This document shows positions 56,687 to 64,000 of a DNA stretch of 64,000 bases, piece by piece (position 1 is the stretch's first letter; each line of letters opens with the position of its first letter). The DNA is taken from IMG/VR virus record IMGVR_UViG_3300020473_000020, positions 1 through 64,000 of that record; one strand, 5' to 3'. A program made the translations under genes and the position numbers. This DNA is from a virus. A model generated the notes under the pieces. It saw only the letters and a list, made by a program, of their open reading frames with translations, was not told where the DNA came from and did not search any database.

Positions 56687-58675
56687 TTAACCCCAGCGCA
56701 ATTGGTACTTCTCAGCGAAGTCCTTTGGTAGCATTATGGGTAGCCCCATTTCGCGCGCTTTTTTAAGTTTAGTCGTCGAGCCTTCTGGATTTAGCGTGAC
56801 AACCATTGTGGTTTTCTTTGTAACACTGCTGCCGACCTTACCGCCTTCTAATTCGATAATGTCTTGCAAATCAGCGTCTCTAAATTCAGTGAATACAATC
56901 ACTTCATTGTCTAGTACACCTGATGAAGCTGTCATGTCTGTTAACACCTTCACGCTCTTCACGTCTTCAAGGAATGACAGGAACTCTGACCAGCATTGTA
57001 CAAAGTTTTCGGCTGACTCTAGTGTAAAGTCTTCACCGTTAGCAATTCGTTGTACAATTGTGGCATTATAGGCCATCGGCTGCAAGTCTAATAGCTCTGG
57101 GACAGAGGTTAGCGCTGACTTAGACTTCGTTTCACCGAAACCACGTCCGAACACTGCTGAGGCTGCCATAAGCTTGTACAATGGCACGCCATTGTCCTGC
57201 ACGTTCTTGATTTGACCATAAATGCTTTCCGCAGAACGTTCTTTAATACCTTGGATGTCTACAAGCGCTCGTACGTCTAGCGATAGGAAATCTTTAAGCG
57301 TTGTGTAGCCTTCTTGGTAGATTTTCTTAACGGTACCAATCTTCATACCTGCCATGCCCATTGCTGTCAGGATGTGAGAGATTTGCTTGATGTCTGCTGT
57401 TTCTGAGGTCTTACCCGCAGGAAGAACTAGGTCTACCTCAGTCTTGCCCCACTCGTAGGCATCATCAGGGAACTGTGGCTCAGCACGCTCAAGTACCTCA
57501 TAGATGTCTGGGATAACATCACCTGAGCGAAGTAATACAACTTTCGCACCAATGCCGATACCATCACGGATGATTGCACGGGCGTTTTCACCATGACACC
57601 AGTTATAAGTCGCACCACCGATAACAACAGGTTTGATTTTGATGCGCGGGATCCAAACATTGTAACGTGATAGGTTCCACTCGATGTACTCAACCTCAGT
57701 CTCGGCCATCTGTTCAGGCAATGGCATCTTGAAGGCTGCCATGTGTGTAGGGTTACCACTTGTGATCAGCTCGTGCTTAACATCGGCTGTAACGATGAGG
57801 CCGTCAATTTGGAACGGGCTATTTTCGCGGCGGTCGGCATAGATTTCTTCAAGGTCGGCCATGAAGTGTTCTTTGGTCTCATCGGTTACTGCAACCGTTG
57901 CATACCAAGCCATGTGGAAGCCACGCTGTTCAAGCTTATATAATTGCGTAGAAGGTAGTCCACCTTCGCTTGGGAAGCCAAACGCAATAAAATTAAGTAG
58001 GCTCTTATTAGCGTCGGCTTCTAGCTTGCCCGCAAGACCTGTTGCTACGTGACGAGCTGACGTGCGTTTACCATCAGTGAAATGTGAGTCAGGAATAGCT
58101 GCAAAGCTTTCTTCTGATATGATGACTTCGCCTTTAACCACATCGCCAACGTTCAATGGTGGTAGCTGCATGAACGGCATCAAGTGATCCCAGTTGGTAC
58201 CCTCGGCACCGTCACCACGGCTTGCTAGGTGGTGGCCATTTTCGTCACGCCAGTAAGTACCGCTCAAACCATCAAGTTTATCACCTAGGGTGAAGGTCAC
58301 TTCACCGCCTTTAGGAATAAATTTATTTGTGAAGCGTTCAAGCTCCTTTGTACGTGCTTTGATTTTATCGGCACTACCGCTGTAGTATGGCAGTTTAACT
58401 GTCTCACCTGTTGCCACAGCGCCCGTATGGTGGTCTAGTGCGATACCTTGGCTAACTGATAGCTCGCGTAGTAAGTCGTATGTGCCATCGGCAAGGATTG
58501 GCTCAGAAGTATTGTAATAGAAGTCATCTAGGGTGGTGATGATTTTAAGTAGGTCATCTTTAGGCGTAGACGCAACCGTGTCAGTTGGATTGCCTATGAA
58601 AACGTTTAGCCAGTCAGCCACTTCTGGACTGTCAGCAAGTAATGTTTTCGCTAATGGCGAAATCTTATCAGTCAT
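56687..58675 (-). CDS. ligA: NAD-dependent DNA ligase
   Basis: YY..D..YD (domain Ia), KLDG, SRGDG, KGE, DGLI, AFK, RSGDVIP, HhH, C-terminal BRCT. Confidence 0.93.
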   Translation of the reverse strand: MTDKISPLAKTLLADSPEVADWLNVFIGNPTDTVASTPKDDLLKIITTLDDFYYNTSEPILADGTYDLLRELSVSQGIALDHHTGAVATGETVKLPYYSGSADKIKARTKELERFTNKFIPKGGEVTFTLGDKLDGLSGTYWRDENGHHLASRGDGAEGTNWDHLMPFMQLPPLNVGDVVKGEVIISEESFAAIPDSHFTDGKRTSARHVATGLAGKLEADANKSLLNFIAFGFPSEGGLPSTQLYKLEQRGFHMAWYATVAVTDETKEHFMADLEEIYADRRENSPFQIDGLIVTADVKHELITSGNPTHMAAFKMPLPEQMAETEVEYIEWNLSRYNVWIPRIKIKPVVIGGATYNWCHGENARAIIRDGIGIGAKVVLLRSGDVIPDIYEVLERAEPQFPDDAYEWGKTEVDLVLPAGKTSETADIKQISHILTAMGMAGMKIGTVKKIYQEGYTTLKDFLSLDVRALVDIQGIKERSAESIYGQIKNVQDNGVPLYKLMAASAVFGRGFGETKSKSALTSVPELLDLQPMAYNATIVQRIANGEDFTLESAENFVQCWSEFLSFLEDVKSVKVLTDMTASSGVLDNEVIVFTEFRDADLQDIIELEGGKVGSSVTKKTTMVVTLNPEGSTTKLKKAREMGLPIMLPKDFAEKYQLRWG

Positions 58676-58692
58676 AATTTTTTCTTCTAGTA

Positions 58693-58712
58693 AATTCGTT
58701 GTACAACGAATT
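58693..58712. promoter_or_regulatory. Perfect 20-bp palindrome containing the TTGTACAA motif
   Basis: AATTCGTTGTACAACGAATT upstream of the ligase. Confidence 0.7.
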
Positions 58713-58842
58713 GTTAGTCTCAATTGATTTTTTCATTGCTTAGTCAAGCAATCGCCGTTATTATACCCATCTAAAATTGATACGCAATCCCCTCTGGGGC
58801 AGTGATTTACTAACCGATACAAGCCTATAGAAGAGCACCGAT

Positions 58843-59073
58843 ATGAGCACTAAATTTTACGCTGTGCGCCGCGATAATGGCGAACGCTGGACACCTGTTA
58901 AAAAGAAATATGGCAGCGACTGTAAGCAATATTTAATGATGTGGGATAGTGGCTATTTAGCTGTTGTCACCGAGACTAAAGGGTATGACGCATCCGTCTC
59001 TATAGACCCTTTATGCACTAAGACGTGGAAAACCGTCATACCTAAACCAATTGAACAAAGAGAGCCTAAGTAA
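58843..59073 (+). CDS. Hypothetical protein
   Basis: ORF upstream of the primase. Confidence 0.55.
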   Translation: MSTKFYAVRRDNGERWTPVKKKYGSDCKQYLMMWDSGYLAVVTETKGYDASVSIDPLCTKTWKTVIPKPIEQREPK

Positions 59074-59075
59074 CA

Positions 59076-60107
59076 ATGGCACGTAAACTTAAATTTGATA
59101 TTTTAGCATTCCTTCAACTGCATGGTATTGAGTACCGTACATCTGGTAAAAACTGTGCAAAGGGGCATGCCGTCGTCTCTTGCCCATTTTGTGAGGATGA
59201 GGGTGACCCTGACCCGTCGATGCACATGGGTATCGAGCTTAAAAGCGGTAACTGGGGTTGCTGGCGTTCAAGTCACCACCGTGGTAAGAAACTCGCAAAT
59301 CTCATGGCTAAGTTGACGGGTATTAGCTACAAAGAGGCCGCCGAATTAGTGGGCGATGCCTCAGCTTCCGTTGATAAGGAAGAATTTGATTCACTTGCAG
59401 CTTGGTTGCGAGGTATTGAGGACGAGAGCGGCGACCCTCTTGAGGTTAAGCCACCTAAGACTATCCCTATGCCTAGTAGCTTTCGTCCTATTACGGATAG
59501 CCGATTCTCTCAGCCTTATAGAACCTATTTAAAGAAAAAGCGTGGCTTCCTGAGCCGTGATATAGATAAGGTTATCGAGACCTACGACTTACGTTACTGC
59601 TCGCAGTCTGGGAGCTGGAACAAGCGTCTTATCCTACCTATCTATCGTGATAAGAAGCTCGGCACCTACACTGGCCGCTCCATCGACCCTAACGAAGAAC
59701 TTCGTTATAACTCGCTAGGTAAGGAAAAGTCACCTGTCAACATTAAAGAAACTATCTACGACTTTGATGGCTTACTGAATACAACGGGGCGTGCACTGTT
59801 CGTCGTGGAAGGTCCACTAGACATGCTCAAGATGGATTTCTATGGAAGACCCTATAACTGCCGTACTACGTGCTTATTCTCAAAGACTGCAACCCCTGAG
59901 CAAATCGCGGACTTATACCTCGTACACAAGAACTTTGCCTTTGTGATCGTATTACTCGATGCGGGTGAGTCCAAATCAGCTAGCGTTCTACTCGATGAGC
60001 TATCGCTTATACCGAACCTTCGTTCTATGGAAATCCCATTTGAAGGCGTAGACGACCCCGCAGACCTTTATCCTAGTGAAATCGCAGAAATGTGCGCAGA
60101 AATCTAA
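59076..60107 (+). CDS. DNA primase (Zn finger plus TOPRIM)
   Basis: CPFC..H..C, YLKKKRG, RLILP, GRS..RY, VVEGPLD, LLD, DDP. Confidence 0.85.
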   Translation: MARKLKFDILAFLQLHGIEYRTSGKNCAKGHAVVSCPFCEDEGDPDPSMHMGIELKSGNWGCWRSSHHRGKKLANLMAKLTGISYKEAAELVGDASASVDKEEFDSLAAWLRGIEDESGDPLEVKPPKTIPMPSSFRPITDSRFSQPYRTYLKKKRGFLSRDIDKVIETYDLRYCSQSGSWNKRLILPIYRDKKLGTYTGRSIDPNEELRYNSLGKEKSPVNIKETIYDFDGLLNTTGRALFVVEGPLDMLKMDFYGRPYNCRTTCLFSKTATPEQIADLYLVHKNFAFVIVLLDAGESKSASVLLDELSLIPNLRSMEIPFEGVDDPADLYPSEIAEMCAEI

Positions 60108-60738
60108 TGAGACAATCACCATGTCAGATATGAATATTTTTATGATGGGCGGTTTTGCTGGCCATGACCGCAGCCCCCGTTATAGCACGACAGTGCATAC
60201 CGAGTTAAAGTCGACAACCTTTAGCTTTCTAGGATCAACGTACTGCGTACACTGTGGCGATCCTGCCAAGGCCATACAAGCAAACATCCAAACACTTAAT
60301 TGCTATAAAACCACTGGCCACCGATGTACGTGTGAGGGTGCGCTAGACGAAATGGCAGAGCGTCTTGCATACGAGCTAGGTAGCTTTTCACGGTGTAGTC
60401 TTATTGATAAGCCTGAAACGAAGAAGCCTAATACCTTTATGCTGAAAAAGCTGGTCGAGAAACGCGAAAGAGTTCGCCTTAGTGACTTTGAGCGCCCGAG
60501 TACTATTACAGAGGGCTGTGCTTCACGTCGATTTATCACGTCGCAGCGCACAGAAATCAAGTACAACCTCCACCATGAACGCTGCAAGGACTACCCATTT
60601 ACCAAGTTCATGCACCGTGTAAAAGAGCATTACGAAGCCTACCAGACGGCACTCGACAGCGCCATTGCATCACTGAAAGAGACAAGCGTTAATGAGTTCC
60701 AAAAAGTCTTTGACCCCGTTAAGGCGCGAGAACTGTGA
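60076..60738 (+). CDS. Hypothetical Zn-binding protein
   Basis: YCVHCG..CTC. Confidence 0.55.
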   Translation: MKSQKCAQKSNETITMSDMNIFMMGGFAGHDRSPRYSTTVHTELKSTTFSFLGSTYCVHCGDPAKAIQANIQTLNCYKTTGHRCTCEGALDEMAERLAYELGSFSRCSLIDKPETKKPNTFMLKKLVEKRERVRLSDFERPSTITEGCASRRFITSQRTEIKYNLHHERCKDYPFTKFMHRVKEHYEAYQTALDSAIASLKETSVNEFQKVFDPVKAREL

Positions 60739-61046
60739 CAATTGATTGGAAGGCATTCCCTGAGCACAAACCACCTGTTGGTAAGCTCATACTTGTTGAG
60801 ATTACCAAGACCCCTTTGCGCTTTACACAAGAATACACGGCACTTTGTGACGGGACAGACCGCACGGCAAGTGAGCTTAGGTTTCGTGAGCTGACAGCCA
60901 CGTTTTACCGTGAGAACCCCTTACAGTTGGCCAAGACATACAAGTCCTTCATGCACGATGTAAAAATCATGGTTAGGGCTAATCATGACAGCCGTCAGGG
61001 CTTCATCGTTTGTGATGAGGTCAGCCGCTGGGCTTTAGTCGAATAA
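60735..61046 (+). CDS. Hypothetical protein (DUF551-like)
   Basis: W...PE..P N-terminus, V..W C-terminus. Confidence 0.5.
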   Translation: MTIDWKAFPEHKPPVGKLILVEITKTPLRFTQEYTALCDGTDRTASELRFRELTATFYRENPLQLAKTYKSFMHDVKIMVRANHDSRQGFIVCDEVSRWALVE

Positions 61047-61072
61047 GCACGTCTATCACTTAATTAGGCACA

Positions 61073-61099
61073 AAAAAGCCAGCGCTATGCTGGCTTTTT
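61073..61099. terminator. Bidirectional intrinsic terminator
   Basis: AAAAAGCCAGC..GCTGGCTTTTT. Confidence 0.75.
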
Positions 61100-61363
61100 C
61101 TTTCCATACCTCTTGTAGCTGGCAAGAAGCTGTCGTTGATTCATCGTGGATGGGACTATCTTATCTATGACACTATCGGCTAACCTTAGCCTTTCCTCTA
61201 ACTGCGTGATGTAGTCGGCCGCAGCTACGCATTCATCGTATGGGTCGCCATCACAACCTTCCTGCGCTGCGATGTCGCGGAGAACCTGTACTATCGGCGC
61301 GTTTCGACCTGTTAGTGGATGTTTTATTTGCATGATAGGCTCCTGTTTCCATACAGACCTCAC
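61085..61363 (-). CDS. Hypothetical protein
   Basis: ORF (AADYI..LE). Confidence 0.5.
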   Translation of the reverse strand: MRSVWKQEPIMQIKHPLTGRNAPIVQVLRDIAAQEGCDGDPYDECVAAADYITQLEERLRLADSVIDKIVPSTMNQRQLLASYKRYGKKKPA

Positions 61364-61428
61364 AGACCTTTCCGTCGCGAGTATTGTAGTACGGTGTGTT
61401 AAATAGCTGATTTTTGCATTCGGGACAC

Positions 61429-61842
61429 TTATACATCGTTTTGTTTACCAGACTTTTTAGTAATTAAGTCACTAAAAAAGTTCTCTATAGTGTCTTCGTA
61501 TAGTATGAAAAACAAGGTCTTATCAACCGACCGTTTTTCGTGAACCTTGAAATCATTGTACAAACTGATATGTTCGGCTCCCACCACACCGTGAGGGGCG
61601 CTATCGCCACACCACATACGCGCTCGGTAATCAAAAATAGCGTGGTCAACCTTTAGGCAGAAGTGTGGAAGGGAACCGTTACCAGTATCGAGCATCCCGA
61701 ATAGAACTTGGTGCTCAATACCTGCATAGGTTAGGGCACAGGTTGCTAAGTTAGCAAAGCCGTCACACTCCACGCGAGCGTTGTCTAACGCGGAGAGTAT
61801 GTCATACGCTTTTAAGCCATGGCCATCAAATAAAGAACTCAT
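61429..61842 (-). CDS. Transglutaminase-like small protein (putative)
   Basis: ECDG..L..AGI..PH..D.RARMW (Cys-His-Asp). Confidence 0.45.
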   Translation of the reverse strand: MSSLFDGHGLKAYDILSALDNARVECDGFANLATCALTYAGIEHQVLFGMLDTGNGSLPHFCLKVDHAIFDYRARMWCGDSAPHGVVGAEHISLYNDFKVHEKRSVDKTLFFILYEDTIENFFSDLITKKSGKQNDV

Positions 61843-62387
61843 TACTTATGCAACCATTCTTTAAGCTGCACAACGAGGTTGTCATGCTTTGTACGCGCCT
61901 CTTTGCTGCTGTAAGGTCGGTAACCGCCACTTTCCCATGAGCTATCAACAATCGAGTTTGATGTAAGCGAGCCTGTCTCTATGAGCTGTTTAGCCAGCAT
62001 ATAGAGGTTACTCGCATCGGGTGACCCGAACATGTCCTCTTCATCGTCGAACGCTGGGTCAAAGTCTGCATTCATTTCGGCATGGACTAGCAGAAAGTTA
62101 AGCACTTTGTTCGCAAGCAGATTTGGCTCCGCAGCTGACTGCCCGTTGTACATCGCCATAATGCCCGCTTTAACACTACCATACTCATTTGTAAGGTGCT
62201 CTTTTAAGGCATCCCACGCTTGAGGGTCATCACTTGCAGCTAGGTTAACTTTAATGATGGTTTTGCCACGGCCAGTCGACTCGTACTTACGTCTGGCTTT
62301 GGTTTGGCTATCTACATGATCGGTCATGATTGTCTCGTTTTCTTGTTCTAGTTCGCCTAGTGTATGTCGTGGTACACGATAAATCAA
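61842..62387 (-). CDS. Hypothetical protein
   Basis: ORF. Confidence 0.5.
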   Translation of the reverse strand: MIYRVPRHTLGELEQENETIMTDHVDSQTKARRKYESTGRGKTIIKVNLAASDDPQAWDALKEHLTNEYGSVKAGIMAMYNGQSAAEPNLLANKVLNFLLVHAEMNADFDPAFDDEEDMFGSPDASNLYMLAKQLIETGSLTSNSIVDSSWESGGYRPYSSKEARTKHDNLVVQLKEWLHK

Positions 62388-62395
62388 GCCCTTAT

Positions 62396-62899
62396 TTAGA
62401 CCTTACTCACTGTAGGGTAGTGCTTTTCGAGAAGCGTGCGTACAGCCTGCCAATCTGGGCATTGAACCGTCGCAAAGTGCAACAGGATGCCCTCAAACTT
62501 GTCTTGGCCATGTGAGTCACACTTATCATCAATTAAGACAGCGCCTTTCAGCTTTGACTTGTCATAACAAATGATTGTCTTCTTCGCCATTTCGCGGCCA
62601 AAGTGCTTGAGAACCCACACGATTTTTTCAGTGTAGCTAAGTGGGTTGTCGACTGATGGCGCAGTCAGAAACCATACATCAAACTTGCCTTGAGCTATGA
62701 TCTCCTTGATTGTTTCCACAGCATCACGTACTGGTTCTAGGTTGGCGTAAAAGCCATAGGCCGCGTGAGGATAGGCTTGCTCAGGGCACTCGCCAAGCGC
62801 ATGCTGCTTTGCCGCAGAGAAGGCGCAGGCCGTATCGTCCATGTCAATGTATAGGACTGGTTTTTCTTCACTCATATCAATCATTCCGTTGGGTTCCAA
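62396..62899 (-). CDS. 5'(3')-deoxyribonucleotidase (NT5C, HAD family)
   Basis: YIDMDDT, FYANLEP, LTAP, EK..WV..HFG, LIDD. Confidence 0.88.
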   Translation of the reverse strand: MEPNGMIDMSEEKPVLYIDMDDTACAFSAAKQHALGECPEQAYPHAAYGFYANLEPVRDAVETIKEIIAQGKFDVWFLTAPSVDNPLSYTEKIVWVLKHFGREMAKKTIICYDKSKLKGAVLIDDKCDSHGQDKFEGILLHFATVQCPDWQAVRTLLEKHYPTVSKV

Positions 62900-63138
62900 A
62901 TATAGAGAGTTCGCTTTTTGCTAGCCTTAAACTCTGTATAGCCGTCAGGTATTGCACCTTGTCTGCCAGCCTGTCTGGCTTTCGAGGTTGATGGGTACGC
63001 ACCGACTTCAACCATTAAGTTCGGTAAGTCTTGGGCGTCACAGTACAGCACTTCTTCACCTTCGAAAAGTGTAGGGATGTCCGACTCTAACCAAGGTGCA
63101 TGGCTGATCACAATGTTGTTAATCTGTTCTTTTTTCAT
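62881..63138 (-). CDS. Small S4-like (TyrRS C-terminal-like) RNA-binding protein
   Basis: LMVEVGAYPSTSKARQA..QGAI..KKR. Confidence 0.55.
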   Translation of the reverse strand: MKKEQINNIVISHAPWLESDIPTLFEGEEVLYCDAQDLPNLMVEVGAYPSTSKARQAGRQGAIPDGYTEFKASKKRTLYIWNPTE

Positions 63139-63350
63139 TACATCGTTACCGCTGGCAATAAGCCGTAGTGGCGGGCAAGTGCTGCTACGTCTTCTTTGCT
63201 TAAATTAATCGTGGCCTCGTCGCCGTCTTCGTTATCAGGCTCAGGACGGTACAAGCTTAGCTCGTCACCTTCCTGCGGGCTTAGGGTATTCAGTTCCCAC
63301 TGCGCGTCGCTAAACTCGTGATGGACGATGTCAGATACTTCTCTGGCCAT
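63138..63350 (-). CDS. Hypothetical protein
   Basis: Coupled ORF. Confidence 0.5.
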   Translation of the reverse strand: MAREVSDIVHHEFSDAQWELNTLSPQEGDELSLYRPEPDNEDGDEATINLSKEDVAALARHYGLLPAVTM

Positions 63351-63355
63351 AATCG

Positions 63356-63934
63356 TTACTTGTACTGTTGTCGACGTGCCGCATTGGCTGCGTCGCGGTT
63401 TCGGCGATACTTGTGGGCACGCTTGCTGACTTGCTTAGCTTCTTGCGTTTTGCCTTCTTTCACGTGACCTGCCTTGCCTTTGACACGCTTTTGAAGCGTC
63501 GCAAATACGACCATGTGGAGAAGCCCTGATTTGATGTATGACGGGAACTCTCGGTCGAAGAGTACAGGGGCTTTATCAAGCCAGTTTAGCATCGTACTCA
63601 TCGTAAACACGACTTTCATGTCTTTAAGAGCTGCCCCTATAAGGTTCGCTGCAATTGTGTAGAATTTCAAGCGCTCAGCAATAGTCAGCTCGTGCTTCCC
63701 CGTGGCCTCATCAAGGAACTTGTCAAACTCTTTAGCTTTGGCCACTGCCAGCTTTGCAGTATTATCCTGCGAAGCCAGTAGAATTTGGAAAGGTTTAACG
63801 CGCTGCCGAGTCTCGGTGTACATGTAGTCTGCCATAGCTGTGTACAACGACTCTGCCTGACTATGCTGACCACCTGTGTCGACCTTAGTAACTTTATCAC
63901 TTACGACAAATTTACCGCCTGTCATACTGGCCAC
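63356..63934 (-). CDS. Hypothetical protein, may start beyond the window end
   Basis: Reading frame appears open toward position 64000. Confidence 0.5.
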   Translation of the reverse strand: MASMTGGKFVVSDKVTKVDTGGQHSQAESLYTAMADYMYTETRQRVKPFQILLASQDNTAKLAVAKAKEFDKFLDEATGKHELTIAERLKFYTIAANLIGAALKDMKVVFTMSTMLNWLDKAPVLFDREFPSYIKSGLLHMVVFATLQKRVKGKAGHVKEGKTQEAKQVSKRAHKYRRNRDAANAARRQQYK

Positions 63935-64000
63935 GAGCTTACCGACGGCTTCAAGCTCAGCGCTACTTAGGGATGCAAGTTCGGCCTTGAGTGCCTGCGG

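Noticed and set aside
42427-58675. Introns or inteins in the capsid, terminase, portal or ligase genes
   Set aside because: Uninterrupted ORFs of expected size with no splicing motifs seen.
1-64000. Stop-codon reassignment
   Set aside because: Core genes are intact under code 11, all three stops end genes, and no suppressor tRNA is present.
1-64000. Bacterial chromosome or prophage interpretation
   Set aside because: Bacterial-like genes are interspersed with T4-like head genes and dense small ORFs; no integrase, att site or housekeeping synteny is seen.

Overview
A 64-kb segment of a large lytic tailed dsDNA phage, probably a jumbo or T4-superfamily-like myovirus of a Gammaproteobacterium (host is inference). 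Most genes are on the minus strand. Core genes: T4-like major capsid protein, prohead protease-scaffold fusion, portal, large terminase, NAD-dependent ligase and primase. Accessory genes: an NrtR-regulated prs/nadV-like (NARP1-like) NAD module with three visible 21-bp operators, a complete yjfIJKLM-yjfC (PspA/GspS) operon plus a K+ channel, a DAACS symporter, an HD hydrolase, a Dam-type MTase next to an AsnB-like protein, a nucleotidyltransferase, six canonical tRNAs and two aberrant tRNA-like RNAs. Top finding: an unannotated 14-codon leader peptide (MTFNHQHKQPNNQP, 15255-15211, minus strand) whose last 11 codons use only Asn/His/Gln/Lys/Pro, exactly the amino acids of the tRNA operon downstream. 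It sits in a 1:2/2:3/3:4 attenuator, so it is a candidate sensor that switches on replacement phage tRNAs when those host tRNAs are cut or depleted. Also notable: a strongly over-represented TTGTACAA palindrome (43 copies counted by eye) and a shared SRAxx(L/I)(L/M) motif that may be a capsid-targeting signal. All protein family calls come from motif recognition by eye; no database search was run.
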